The notes beneath the pieces were generated by a model. It searched no databases. It had not been told where the DNA came from and worked only from the letters and a program-made list of their open reading frames with translations. A stretch of DNA of 61,458 bases, the filler included, from Hausera hauseri (Eukaryota), in assembly GCA_046269625.1 (NCBI GenBank). It is 10 parts of 10 records of this genome, joined end to end, with 100 filler letters (N's around TTAATTAATTAA, not from the genome) between each part and the next. Parts side by side here need not be neighbours in the genome. Positions count along the whole stretch, not along the records: positions 1 to 3,989 come from JBJURY010836637.1; positions 4,090 to 10,713 come from JBJURY010080769.1; positions 10,814 to 15,613 come from JBJURY010431694.1; 7 more parts are not named here. One strand, given 5' to 3'. This document shows, in pieces, positions 1 to 12,885 of this stretch. A program made the position numbers and the translations under genes. The first letter of the stretch is position 1; the number at the start of each line of letters is the position of its first letter.

Positions 1-78
1 GATGCACTTTCAATCAGTGCACAATTCAAGTGTGTATTGATTATCGATCGGTGTGCAGGAGCACTTTTTCACTTTACT

Positions 79-392
79 GGAGGTGGGACCGAAAGCACAT
101 TTTCTCACTACTGACCGTCGTTCCTGGAACCAACCATCATTTTCCATGCACGTCGTACTTTCTCAACAATGGCAGTGCATTGCCAAGGATCCTTATACAC
201 CCTACATGGTCAGACAGTCATTATCTTAATCCTACATACAGAACTCTGTCGTTCATCCCCCTCCTACCAGTGCAGTTTCTGCAGGAGCTTAATAGAGTTG
301 ACGAAATCTTCGAATCAAATGATCCGTACAAGAGAGCACAAAATTTCCTTCTGAAAATAACAGACCCAATGCTTAAGATTGTCGATGCATAA
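79..392 (+). pseudogene. Ty3/Gypsy Gag N-terminal remnant
   Basis: FPCTSYFLNNGS...LLPVQF...DEIFESNDPYKRAQNFLLKITDPM aligns by eye with the Gag of the element at 16970-17950 (FPNCTGFFIDNQGS...LLPNNI...IEIFQLPDPYSQLSNAVLKIAEPSM). It is preceded by a TGG PBS-like motif at about 78. Confidence 0.6.
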
Positions 393-1116
393 GTATCATC
401 TAATGATCTTGAGGAAGCTAACGACTATACAGAGTGTATTAATGCTAATGAGTTCATCGAAATCCTTACTGACAACCATGTACAGCCAACTGACTTTTCC
501 TCACTTAACCTTGCGTCGTCAGCTAATAGCTCAATCGATTCTCGTGACGGTAGTGGCATTCAACACTTCACCTATCAGGTCATCTGTGTAGTTCAAACTG
601 CCGATCAGATTTATCAGGGGAACAAAAGCAAGTTCAAATGGTACGGTTGCCGTCCACGAATATATCAAACAAACTATTTACTAATGTTCAAATAACAGCC
701 AATCAGAATATTCCAACAAAAGTTCAACAGATGACTTTGAGCCATAAGTCATCCCTTTGACACAGTCTACTATTGAACCTGATTCTTTACAATCTCCAAA
801 TGAGCAATTTTCTGATTCCAATCTTGGTGTTGGGAATAATCTAACTTATTTACCACCAATGCCACCTCCAGCGTGGCCTCTTTCCGATGGGTCAGCCGTG
901 GCTGTTCCAGCTAGCATTTCTCCATACCAGATTCAACAATTTCAGAAACATCGTCAACCAAATAGTCTTCAAGCTCGGTTTCAAAGGTTTCAAATGCCGG
1001 CTACTCGTGCTTAAATTAATTTCATCGGTCAGCAACGGCAACAGCATCTGCAAGAGGAAGAGTGCTGGTACCCTGAAGATAAACGGTGGATCCCTCCAGA
1101 CAACATTTACTTTGCC

Positions 1117-1150
1117 AAAGGGGTGATGTGGCGCCCATAGTGGCCCACCT
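1117..1150 (+). mobile_element. Possible polypurine tract plus start of 3' LTR (AAAGGGGTGA-TGTGGCGCC)
   Basis: A purine run is followed directly by TG, downstream of the gag remnant. Confidence 0.35.
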
Positions 1151-1727
1151 AAAACTGACAAAAAATATTTGTAAATTATAGTGATTTTTTAAATTAGTGA
1201 TTAAAAAGAAGTGGGTAACACAACAAACCATAAACGTATATATAAGACAATTGAAAACAGCAAACCACAAATGTGCACAGAATGCGGCATGTCTTATTTC
1301 GACAACAAACCTAAAAACGTAAATACAAAAAGTGACAAACAGGAGATCAATTGATAGAACAACAAACCACAGATGTGTCTGGAATGTATGACAGTATGTC
1401 GATCTCTGAAAATTTGTATTTTATAATTCTGTATATGGTGTGAACAAACACTATGTGAACGTTTTGTGAGTTGTACATCAACCTTGTATCAATTAAATAT
1501 TAGCAAACATTCTGTATATATGACTTCTCTTCTTTTATTTTATTGTCGAGCCTCCATGATGGGCATTTTTATTATACTGATTGTCTGTAAATCGATTGTG
1601 ACCCTATTTTACAAATAATTTTGCGGCCGTTATAAAGATGCGGATGTTGCCCGAATTATAAATTATCCGAATTATAAATTGAAATAAAATTTAGAAATCA
1701 AATTAGTTAGTCAAGAGACTTAATTAT

Positions 1728-1883
1728 GAATGAATGTAAAGTTGGATTTTGAAATTTGATTGACGTCTTTCATATTGGACATTAGATTTAAGAATTCGAT
1801 TGACGTCATACAATTAGATTTGAAAATTCGAATGAATGTAAAATTGGATTTTGAAATTCGATTGACGTCATTCATATTGGACA
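1728..1883 (+). repeat. Imperfect direct repeat, ~55-bp copies with ~102-bp period
   Basis: GAATGAATGTAAA(G/A)TTGGATTTTGAAATT(T/C)GATTGACGTC(T/A)TTCATATTGGACA at ~1728 and ~1830, with a partial copy between. Confidence 0.85.
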
Positions 1884-3989
1884 GATAAATATAAATACGC
1901 GAAGATATCTGTAAAAACAACCAATAAAACCCATAAACGAAATAAACTTCGAAATATTGTAACAGAAACTTTCTCAAGAACTACCAGACGTTATAGTTAG
2001 ATTACTGTTAGGTTATGGTCGATAATAATTGCAACATATAATAATCAATTTTAGCTTATAAGAATAGTTGCGAAAAAGAAATTCCTTATTTGTTGACTGA
2101 ATCAAGAACTCCGATAATCTGTACCATCAAAGTTCAATTGGGAACATAAAAACTATAATTTACGACCAAATTTTGAAAATTGAATCTGTTTAAACGAAGA
2201 AATCGGATATCGAATGGCAGAATCACAGATGCATGGTAATGATCAATTACGGGAGTCAAACGGTAAATAATATTAATGCTATATTTATTGCTGGTGATAA
2301 AATAATGAGGGTTGATTCGGATTATAATAATGATGCCGCTGGTTGTATTTTTCTTTTTGATCTTTTTATAATTGTATTTGTGTTGTGAAAATAAATTTTG
2401 TAAAGAATAATTAAAATCATTCGGATAGAGATATGAAAGAGTCCTCTATCTAATATCCGATCTTGGTATTACTCCTAGAAGGTCTTTATTAGAAAAGAAT
2501 TGACTACGATGGATACTATGATTAGTGAGAAACGAGAGGAATGTAAAGATCCAAATGTTATGTCAGAATCTACATAACTGATAACGAGGATTCTACATGA
2601 TTCACTTTATTAGGCTGAAGTTCCCGAGAAATCAGATACTGGTGGTTCGGATGGATTCTTAGTGTAATCGGTTTGCCAGCCAATTAGAATATTTTTCCTT
2701 TCATTATAAGTTAACTTATTAGTATTGTATCATATGTTGTCAGAGACCCACATATATAATAATTTATGTAAACATAAGGAATTTATACTTAGTAATAAAA
2801 ATTTATATTGAATAAACCCTTTGGATAAAGTTACTTGCGCTAGTAATAATTTTATGACTATCATATTTAAATTAGCCGAAAGTTCTTGATACTAAAGTTA
2901 ATTAACAAATTTTATACGAAAAAGATGTTATCTGGTCACAGATGGTGAAGATAGTGTTCGTAAACACATGAATGATAATTCCCTTTTATTATTAGTACAA
3001 TTCGAATCAAGACAATCATTAAGTAAAGGGTAAAAGAATTAAATTGTTACAATAAAGAAAACGAAATTGAATGCCGACAATAATATAAGAAGGAAAAGAA
3101 ATTTCATATAATATTGATTTGATAAAAATTAAGATACATATATACATTACCACAGATGACTTAACATCGAGGTTTAAGAACTTAATAAAAGTAATTATTA
3201 GTCTTATTCGCAAGATTACTTATGTTGGTGGGTGAATGAACATCAAGGATTGATTTGTGTCAAAAGAGAATGAAGGTGATGAGCATATTCATAACTCTGG
3301 AAAGTCGAAATATGGAGACGTTTCCTCCGTATAATACGAATCTAGTAAAAAATAGAACTGAGTTAGTTAGATGATGACAAGTTTGGTAACAATTAACTGA
3401 AGATTGAATTGGGTTTTCTCAAACATGGTAACCAAATATAAATGAATTTCATTAACCTATATTCAAACGTTTATGAATGTCGAAATAGATTGTACAATAC
3501 CTAATTAATATTATAGACCTATATTATCATAATTCTTATCGAGAATCAAGAACATGCGTAATGTTGATTACCAAAGAGTATGCGTAATGTTGATTACCAA
3601 CTGTTCAGGGGGAGTACTTGATCACTGATGGATCCCATAAAGCTCTTAGAAATTACAGAAATTCACGCACGTATAAAGGAACAATTAAATAATCAAAGAG
3701 AAGAGTGAAATATACGGGACGATTGAAACTCATAATAGACCTTCAGATCGAAAATTAATTGACCTTTAGATTAAAACCCCAATACAGCTTTATAGATCGA
3801 GGACTTATGGATAAGAAGTAGAAAAAAATATAAATGTCCCAACGTGAAAATACAAATGTCCCAACGAATTTTATATGTAGATACACATTAAGGTTGAAAT
3901 AATACCCCTGTGTCTAACATATTCAAACACCTGAAGCCTTAAGAAATGCTGTTATCAATGTACAGAATGAAGACAATTTACGCTTCCTT

Positions 3990-4089
3990 NNNNNNNNNNN
4001 NNNNNNNNNNNNNNNNNNNNNNNNNNNNNNNNNTTAATTAATTAANNNNNNNNNNNNNNNNNNNNNNNNNNNNNNNNNNNNNNNNNNNN
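3990..4089. other. Artificial contig linker (44N-TTAATTAATTAA-44N); identical linkers at 10714-10813, 15614-15713, 20471-20570, 29119-29218, 36128-36227, 40805-40904, 45755-45854, 52857-52956
   Basis: The same 100-bp N-padded spacer with stops in all six frames occurs nine times; the flanking sequences are unrelated. Confidence 0.98.
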
Positions 4090-4617
4090 ACCGGCAGAGT
4101 CGTCTCCCTGACGGCTGCGCGAGGCAGAGGCTCGCCGGGCTTCGCTACGATCCTTTTCCCTTCCGTTGTCGAATTTTTGGAGGTTTCTGGCATCTGTTTT
4201 TGTGGTATATCTTGTGGCATCTGGTTGGTTCTGTCGTTTTTGTTTTTGGAATGCTTTTGTTCCGACATAGACATCTTGTTTGTTTTCGAAGATTACTTTT
4301 TTGAAGATCACTGTTAATCCTTGAACTGTGGATTTAAACAAATGTATTAAATCCACAGATCTTGATTGTTTTTGTAAAAAGAATTTTTGTTTGATGAATC
4401 CGTGAATTTTGAGAAATTTGTGAATTTTGAATTGTTATAAAATTTCACGGGAAAAAAAGTTTTTTAAAGATTTATTTTCTGATTTTATTTTAATTTGAGA
4501 AATTTTAATTTTTTAAATTTTGTATTTTTTGTATATTAACGTATTTTGGGATCTTTTGAAAATTGTTATTTGAGATAAGATTTTACGAAAAAAAGATTTT
4601 TAAATTTGTGATTTTAT

Positions 4618-5112
4618 TTAGTATTTTGTAAGGTGGAACCTTACAGGCTCCATTGGCTGGTCTGCCATTTCTTCAATGTCTCTAGCAATACGCGTCAACT
4701 CCTTCATCATTTGAACCACCGCGTTTGGTCCTCTGTACAGAGGCGTATCTTCATTTTCGTATACCTTCGCCAACAAACAGAAGGACATAAGTTCATGAAT
4801 ATTAATTTCAGTTGAGATTGATCTACCGTTCTGTGGATTACATGTGTATACCGGTTTGAGTATTGCTTCAAATTCGCAGTAGATGACTACCTGGACACGG
4901 ATAGTTTTTTTATACTCCCGGAATTTCATATTATCTTCATCGGGAAATTCAAATCCCGGATTGGGTGAATCCGTTATTATATAGTATCCCATATTGGGTG
5001 AATTCGTGATTATTTTTATCCCGAAAATGTCACATGAGGTATTATGAAAAATGTATTTCAAACAAAAATAATTTTTATTAGTGTTTTTAAAAATGTCTTT
5101 GGCCGATGGCAA
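4618..5112 (-). pseudogene. Maverick/Polinton protein-primed DNA polymerase B, N-terminal fragment
   Basis: MKFREYKKTIRVQVVIYCEFEAILKP...HELMSFC...LYRGPNAV...QPMEP matches the KF..Y.K...P.VIYADFE.IL.P / YRG.DA / PM motifs upstream of the exonuclease in Maverick pPolB. Confidence 0.75.
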
Positions 5113-5211
5113 TCATTCAGTCGACACATACATTGCGCTGCTCAAAGTTAAGTATTTAATTAAATTACATGAAGTTACAAATATTTCAGGAAACTGTTAA
5201 TAAAATGAAAG

Positions 5212-5427
5212 ATACAACTCGAAACAAGCGCCAAATCGGCGAACACCATTTCTCATAGCACCTCACCAAAAAGCTAATTAATTATTGCAGTTGTGGCGAA
5301 TGTGTAAAATAAACTAAGTTTCCATCCCAATAACAAACAAATGAATGTAACAAAACTAATAAAAATACAAAAAATGTTCTTATCATTAGTATTAGTGAAT
5401 AATGATTTTGATTATGTAAAAAACCAA
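5212..5427 (+). repeat. ~215-bp direct repeat, copy 1 (copy 2 at 7737-7966)
   Basis: ATACAACTCGAAACAAGCGCCAAATCGGCGAACACCATTT...GATTATGTAAAAA is near-identical at both positions. Confidence 0.93.
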
Positions 5428-6439
5428 AATACGTTTTTGGACCTTTAAATTGATGGGATATAGGTTTTTCTACATCCACAATTGTCACTTCGTTATCGAA
5501 AGAATGAAGTTTTGAGAATCCATTTTTAGTTAATGTTTTGGTTTGAAATGTGCTTCATTATATAGTTGTATAGTGAACACGACAGAAGTTACCTTTGAAC
5601 ATAATGTAATAAATTTTTGTCAATATAATCTACGATGTAAACTATGAGCATATTATGTAATAATCATGTTGGACTGAGTATGTAACATAATAAACACTAT
5701 ACATAACTAAAACCTTTTCACTTAATAAATAACGTTGGACTATGACAATACAACGAAAATCACAAAGTACATAATGAACAATCAATAAAACATTCTAGTA
5801 AATAATGTGCAAGCTATCATCCATTTTAACCTACTAAAATCAAACAAGATGCAATTGACATTAATTGTCATGTATTGACATTATTTATCATATATTGATA
5901 TTATTTATCATGATTCCGAAAACAGTAACATTATTAACAATTATATTTTGTGGAAAACCAATTAGCTAAATTCCACTCGATTTTTATAATGAACGTATAG
6001 AAACAATTCAATTAGTGACTTCAAGAATTTCACTAATTGATTTATCAAATCCTACTAATGCGTGATACATTGAAGTCTGGAAAATCAAATAACAAATTCC
6101 AGAATTTCAATAACCGAAATTCCAGAACAACCAATTAAACTTCGAAAATTGTCAAGCAGTATATAAATCACTGTTACAATCGGGAAATAACCATAACAAT
6201 TTCCACTAAATTCAAATTTTGTTACTACACAGTTTTACGGCAAAAGTTATAGTCAGGAATCATGCAAATATCTTTTTGTACGATTTACCACGGAAGATTA
6301 AATGTTACCACGAACAAGGACGACATTAATACCATTGAATTCAATCAGAATTTTGGACCGAATTAGAATCTGTTGCTATTATCGGAAGATAGGATATACT
6401 TAGACTATCAAGAACAGTCGATATAAAGGATGGAATACA

Positions 6440-7380
6440 CTACAATACCATCCTCAATGGTTGTCCACACCCCATTCTGGCAGCAAACCTGCGGAAACAG
6501 GCATTTGACACCATTAACAACACCCATCACCTTGGATCAAAAGCCACAGCTCGCCTATTAAGCAGTAGAGTTTGTTGACCTATCATGCTAAGCGACATAA
6601 AGCGATGGACAAAAGAATGTTCGCTTTGCCAACAGTATAAAATCAACAAGATTATACAACTACCTATCCTACACTATTCTACTGGCTCACGGTTTGAAAC
6701 CATCCACATGGATATAGTAGGATCACTTCCCGAATGTAACGGATATCAGAACATCGTAACCATTCTTGACCGGAAAATAAGATGACCCGAAGCCATTCCA
6801 ATCCGCCAAATAACAACGCAAAGCGTTGTGGCTATATTGTTAAATACATGTATTTCTCGGTTTGGAGTACCTAAAACATGATAACAGATCAAGGTACCAA
6901 ATTCGAATCAACCATGTTTAACCAATTAAGGAAATGGCTTGGTTCAAAGCACACATACATCGCCCTATCACTCGCAGGCGAATGGTTTGATCGAACGATT
7001 TAATCGTACAATCAAATCATTCCCACGAATCCTAAGCTACGACAACAAGAACTGGCTAGATGCATTACCCGTTTTGCTATTAGGGTGGAGAAACACTCCA
7101 AACACTAGCACTGATGCCTCTCCGGCACAACTATTATTTGGTGCCCACCTCAATGAAAAAGTAATCTTCATTGCCGTTCTCAACTAAGCTCGGAAGCATT
7201 TCCTGTTAATAGACACGAACCCCATATTCCACAACAATCACAAAAAACCACTCATGTCCTAGAACCTACAAGATACATCCTTTGTCTGGCTCAAAAGCCA
7301 ACAAAGACAACGCCAAAATAATACGCGACAATGATGAACATATAGTCCACTTGTCGAATGTAAAACCCGCGTAGACAAGC
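6440..7380 (+). pseudogene. Ty3/Gypsy integrase (HHCC + DDE), disrupted
   Basis: HHLGSKAT...WTKECSLCQQYK, RFETIHMDIVGSLP, SRFGVP, TDQG, TSPYHSQANGLIERFNRTIK, SPAQLLFG; contains stops and frameshifts. Confidence 0.92.
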
Positions 7381-7736
7381 TTCGAGAAAACTACGAGAAA
7401 ATTGATTCATTCAATATGGACACTCCCATAGTATATAACCCAACCGCGGTCCAAACTGAAACACATTACCCCAACGCCCGTACTTCCGGAAACGGAACGT
7501 ACGACAATACGCAACCAAACCCCTACCGCAGCGGTATCGAGTCGCATCAGGAGTGCATTTAATATACCCCGACTTCATTGAAACCCTACAGTAACAAAAA
7601 GCAAATGCTTGGTTACACGTAGAGTAAACACCGTACCAAATCGGGTGAGGATCAAACCCACAGTGCCAAAACCGACATTCACTAATGCCATTTTTAATAT
7701 GCAACGAGTACGCTGCATGCAACCAAGCAATGCGCA

Positions 7737-7966
7737 ATACAACTCGAAACAAGCGCCAAATCGGCGAACACCATTTTTCATAGCACCTCACCAAAAAGCT
7801 AATTAATTATTTCAGTTGTTGCGAATAAATGTGTAAAATGAACTAAGCTTCCATCCCAATAACAAAGAAATGAATGTAACAAAACTAATAAAAATACAAA
7901 AAACGTTCTTATTATTAGTATTAGTGACTAATGGTTTTGAGACAAACTTGATTATGTAAAAACCAT
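7737..7966 (+). repeat. ~215-230-bp direct repeat, copy 2
   Basis: Matches 5212-5427 with small indels. Confidence 0.93.
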
Positions 7967-9159
7967 TGGATTTTACATACTGCTAAAAAGTATAAATTTA
8001 TTTTAATTAAATACTCAAAATTTTAACAGATATTGAGAAATTATTGATTCAGAAAATAAAAACTATAGAAATTAAGATAAAATTAATTACTACGAAAAAT
8101 CAATTTCCGGTTTGAAAATTATTGGTTAGCACTGCACGCTCATTGAGAAATCATGCAATATTTTAATTCATTAGTTTCATTTTAATTTAACTTAAGATCT
8201 GACAAAACTGTCATGTAATGACTAAAGAGCTATTATTAGACAAAACGTACTGGTCCCAGATCCCATAATTTTATGCCTTTTTCTTAACCCACTGAGGATC
8301 GGGACAAATTTTACTATACATACATGTCTTTTAGAGGACAATGATATTGTAGGATTTGTTTAACGTTATTTATTTAACGTTCTAATATTTCGATCTTACT
8401 AAGATCTTCGCCAGAGCACATCGGTCGAGCAGATATTTCGACACGAACTTGGACAAGGCTTTACCAAATAACAACATCCAATAGAACAAATGATTCTGTC
8501 TAAAACGTCTTCATTTGTGATATTACCTATTGATAGTTGTATATCTACATATACCTCGAGTACAACAAATTGTATGTGAGATTCAAAAAGATGAGTAGAT
8601 ATCGCTTAGTTCGTGTCGAAATATCTGTCCGACTGATATAATCATTATAAAACTGTTCACAGTTGTTTGATGTAACTATCGAACACCCAGGGCGAATATA
8701 GACCCGTTTACCCCTTACTGTACTATTACAGAACCGTAGATATATGTGACAGTGTACATTCATTATCTTAGACCGTGTAAATGGACCAAGATGATTCTTG
8801 TGCATTGCAAAAAATAGGATACGGACACTGGGTTGAATTATTACACCGAACACAAATACGTGTCATTGGTAATTGCGTAATATTTCATCATTCATGGCAT
8901 TAATTCTCATCATGTATGCGTGAAATGCAGCACATGAGATATTGAAAACATTGCTAACTAAAAAAGAAAAAATAAATACAAATTGAAATACAATAAAAGT
9001 AAAACAACTTCTTTTATTGAAAGATTACATGTCTCATTTATCGTAACTTATTAGTTTATATCACTACTTTGACGGTCTCAATAGTCACCTTACTCAGTTA
9101 TAAATATTTATTCTCAACACTACTACAAATCAAATGGAACAGTACATTAGAAATGAGAT

Positions 9160-10570
9160 TCAAAAATTGCCTAATGCCACAATGATTGGACATCTACTAT
9201 TGTCTATTATTGTCATGCGGACATCCAATATTGTCAGGTACCATCGCCAATCATTCCATTTCCAATCATTCACCAATTCAATTTTCTGCCGATTTTTTAT
9301 ATTATATTTCCACTGTTTTTCCGAATACTGTTTGTCCTTTTCGAAATCATTCATAGCCGATGTTCGAAGATCGGTATTAATTTGATATATGACTGAGTTG
9401 AATTGTCCGGTGGATTTTCTGAACTTTCAATCCATGACGTATAGCCTGCTGAAGAAATTGATAGTAAACAACATACTTTATCCGATTTTCTAAATGAGGA
9501 AATAGTTTTTTCATTTTTCCTTTGCTGTTTCCGAGCACTAGTTGATTCTGGAAGGAATGGAAGTTGATCATGCTCTGGACGCAAGTTTTTTGGATACTCT
9601 ACATCTACGTCAAATATATAGCCAATAGATGAAGTGGGACTGATGTTTAAAATATCTCTTTCCATATCACCGGTCCATGTCCACTGAAAATCCCCATATG
9701 GTAAATAATGTAACATGCCCACCCATACAAATTATTTGCGTCCAAATAAGTTATGAATGATGAATCATTATTTTTGTCGTAATCGGTTTCCATGTACGAT
9801 GGACAGCCTGGCACAATCCTCCACGAATTCCTCTCCAGCATAAGTATCATATCATAATCCTTTATAATTTCCAACTTCCCTCGGGTCTTCTGTAACATGG
9901 CACTCCAGGCCATTCCAAGTGCTGTAAAATAATGCGCTGGATCAACTTTGTGTAATGACATCGTTACATCATGGAATCTTTCAAATATGTCGGTGAGCAG
10001 TAGAACGTCGGTTTTTAAGTACACATCGCTGTACTTACCGAGATTCCGACATGGAAACGCACGCCATACGTTTTCAGCATGTTGGTAATCTTCGTCGGAA
10101 ATATCTGATTGATAAAGTATACTGGAAAGGCATTGTTTCGGTGGGAGTATTGTTTGTTCCAACATATCCCGCCCTGTAATGTACTCATATGGAAATATGC
10201 CTTTTCTCTTGACCAAATTGAACTGGTGGTTATCGGGAAATTGTTTTCTGGTTTCAATAAATCTATCTAGTGGTAGGTTCTTGGCTAATTTATCGAGATT
10301 GCTGCTCATGAATTTAAAACTATCGATAAATCGTAACTCCATCTGTCACACACGTTTCGTAAACGTTATATCTTTCTTGATTGTGGGTTATAACGGTTAT
10401 CCGTCCTTCTGATTCACCGAGTTCCCTAATGAAAAAATGTGAGTTATAACCCGACAAATTGTGAAAAATAACTGGAATAAACCGGACTCGTTTGCATCTC
10501 AAGTATTTTCCTGAATAATGACAATGATCGTGTACTTTGTAATTGTCATCGCTGAACGGATTCTGATAAT
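9160..10570 (-). pseudogene. Maverick/Polinton protein-primed DNA polymerase B (exonuclease/palm region), frameshifted and internally deleted
   Basis: VHDHCHYSGKY, IPVIFHNLSGY, LRFIDSFKFMSSNLDKL, RKGIFPYEY, YLKTDVLLLTDIFE, YLDANNLYGWA, LPYGDF, GYIFDVDVEYP, NDFEKD. Confidence 0.93.
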
Positions 10571-10813
10571 GGCTCTTTAGAGTCTTGCATTTTTATAAAT
10601 ATTGTACATAAAAAATAGCAAAACGTGCGAAAGCAGTCGAATAAAACGACTGAAAAAAACGTAAGAACAACAACAAAGTAGTTGAGATAACATTTATTAT
10701 GTTCTTTTGAGTCNNNNNNNNNNNNNNNNNNNNNNNNNNNNNNNNNNNNNNNNNNNNTTAATTAATTAANNNNNNNNNNNNNNNNNNNNNNNNNNNNNNN
10801 NNNNNNNNNNNNN

Positions 10814-11220
10814 TTGTCATCGACGGTTTATTTCCGGAAGCCGCGAAACAATCGGACTTCAACAACCTGTTCACGAAGATTGCACGACACTGTGGCGTAA
10901 CGGTTATTTTCATTACGCAAAACATGCTCCATCAGGGCGGACAGCATCGAACAAGAAATCTAAACGTACACTATTTGGTGTTGTTCAAAAAACCCAGTGA
11001 TCAGACTATTATTGATTATGTTGCACGACAAGAATTTCCTCACAACCGAGCCTGCTTGATAGATGCATATCATGATTCTGCGACCGAGCAACACGGATAC
11101 TTGTTCACTGACTTTACACAACAGTGTCCCGATAACATGCGTATACGAACAGACATTTTTAATCAGAAATGTGGTGTATTTGTTTATAAACAAATTCGAA
11201 AATCAACGATATGTTTATGA
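10814..11220 (+). CDS. Maverick/Polinton packaging ATPase, C-terminal part (5'-truncated by contig end)
   Basis: LFTKIARHCGVTVIFITQN...RTRNLNVHYLVLFKKPSD...HGYLFTDF...RIRTDIF are typical A32-like ATPase motifs of Mavericks. Confidence 0.88.
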
Positions 11221-11442
11221 TAAAAATGAAGAATTTCTGAAAAACAATTGTTAAACGTAAACCTACCAAGCCTGTGTCCGGCATGAAACATGCATCAAAG
11301 CAAACCGCCTCTACAGTCAAGCGATTAATCAATTCTGTGCTTCGAACAACAAAATCATAAGCTAGACGCAAATTACCAACACAGTGACAACGGTTATAAA
11401 CAACTACGTCTCATCAGCATCAATACGTCCAAAAAGAAAAAA

Positions 11443-11766
11443 ATGCAATTCAAACGTTCTCAAACGTACTTTGTTGCTTTGCTCAAAGCACCTAGGAGAC
11501 CTAAGCGAAACATGCTGCGATCATTCTCACAATTTTTTGTGGACAGTTTGATGGTAATTTTGTACAATATCGTTGTGGGTCACGTTGAGACTGGTAGTGG
11601 GAAGCAGAATTTACTAAAGTATGGAAAATGACTTATTGGCCTTGCCAACGCTCGTAGTAAACGACTGAAACGAGAGGTCATGTACCAGCAAGACGGCGGA
11701 TTCCTTGGTACAATTCTACCGGTTGTCACATCATTACTGTGTGGACTCATTGGTGGAACAGTTTAG
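11443..11766 (+). pseudogene. Small basic Maverick protein with C-terminal QQDGGFLGTILP hydrophobic tail (core/PW-like), one internal stop
   Basis: Reading through TGA at 11629 gives ...KREVMYQQDGGFLGTILPVVTSLLCGL; it lies between the ATPase and the integrase. Confidence 0.6.
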
Positions 11767-11908
11767 TATAAACAATGATGGTAAATATATGGTGATTTGC
11801 GATATGGGTCATGATTTTCATCATTTTGCCCCAGTTTACCAAATCTTTCATTTACGTTTCGTTCTAATTGTTGTAATGCAAGCAAAACCGACACCATCGA
11901 CGACAACG

Positions 11909-12885
11909 ATGGACGGTGTGTGGTTCAACCCGCGTCATCCCGTCGGGTATACTGACGTCGACAAACTGGCAAAGACTGTCAAACAGACTCGGCAACAGAC
12001 CCATACAGCCTATACAAACCGATAGGAAGGCGGTTTCCAACTCGTCCATACCGTGCTGCCGGTATAAATAACGTTTGGGAAATAGATCTGGTGGGTATCG
12101 GTACGTGCTGACATGCATTGATGTGTTTAGTCGTTTTGCACGTGCAATTGCCGTGAAATCTAAATCCGGCAAAGAGATTGCCGACGCTGTTCAGACACTG
12201 ATGCAACAAAAATAACAACCGAAGCATTTACAAATGGATTTGGGTAAGGAATTCTACAACGCCCACGTTGCAGCGGTCTTCAAACGGTTCGGTGTAAACC
12301 ATTATTCGGTGTTTTCCCAATACAAGGCTGCACTTGTTGAACAATTTAATCGAATATTGCGTGGTCGCCTAATCAAATTCTTTACGAAGCAATGTAACAA
12401 TCGTTCGGCAGATGTACTGCCGGATATTATTCATGCATACAATCATTCGACACACGTGGCATCAATGGATTACGACCGGTTGACGTAATCAATGATTTGG
12501 ACATGTGGCTTTATCAAAACCGAACCCAACGACAACAGACAATTAAACGCCCAAAATATAAAATCGGTGCTTATGTACGTTTTTCGAAAATAAGTACGAC
12601 ACCATTCATTAAAATTTTAACGAGAATTGGAGCGGCGAAGTTTTCCGCATTTTGACAATCAACACAAAACAAACAATTGTCATGTACGTTTTAGAGGATG
12701 GAAACGGTGAGGAAATACGCGGTAAATTCTACGAACAGGAACTGCAGATACTGCCCAAGAAACCCGATGTATATCGTATTCAGGAAATTCTACGTTCATG
12801 CGACAAAGGTTCAAATAAACAATATATCGTCAAGTGGCACGGAAACACTACACCAAAGTGGATTTTTGCACCGCAAATTGAGTGA
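11909..12885 (+). pseudogene. Maverick c-integrase with C-terminal chromodomain-like region, frameshifted
   Basis: WFNPRHPVGY, WEIDLV, PKHLQMDLGKEFYN, KAALVEQFNRILR, YNHSTH, GKFYEQELQ, QYIVKWHG. Confidence 0.9.

Noticed and set aside
4034-4045. Recurrent TTAATTAATTAA palindrome as a biological motif
   Set aside because: It is always centred in N-runs of fixed length, so it is an artificial concatenation spacer. Adjacency across it carries no meaning.
4090-4600. Non-LTR element ORF1 start and 5' UTR on the minus strand
   Set aside because: The composition is suggestive, but no diagnostic motif appears before the contig end.
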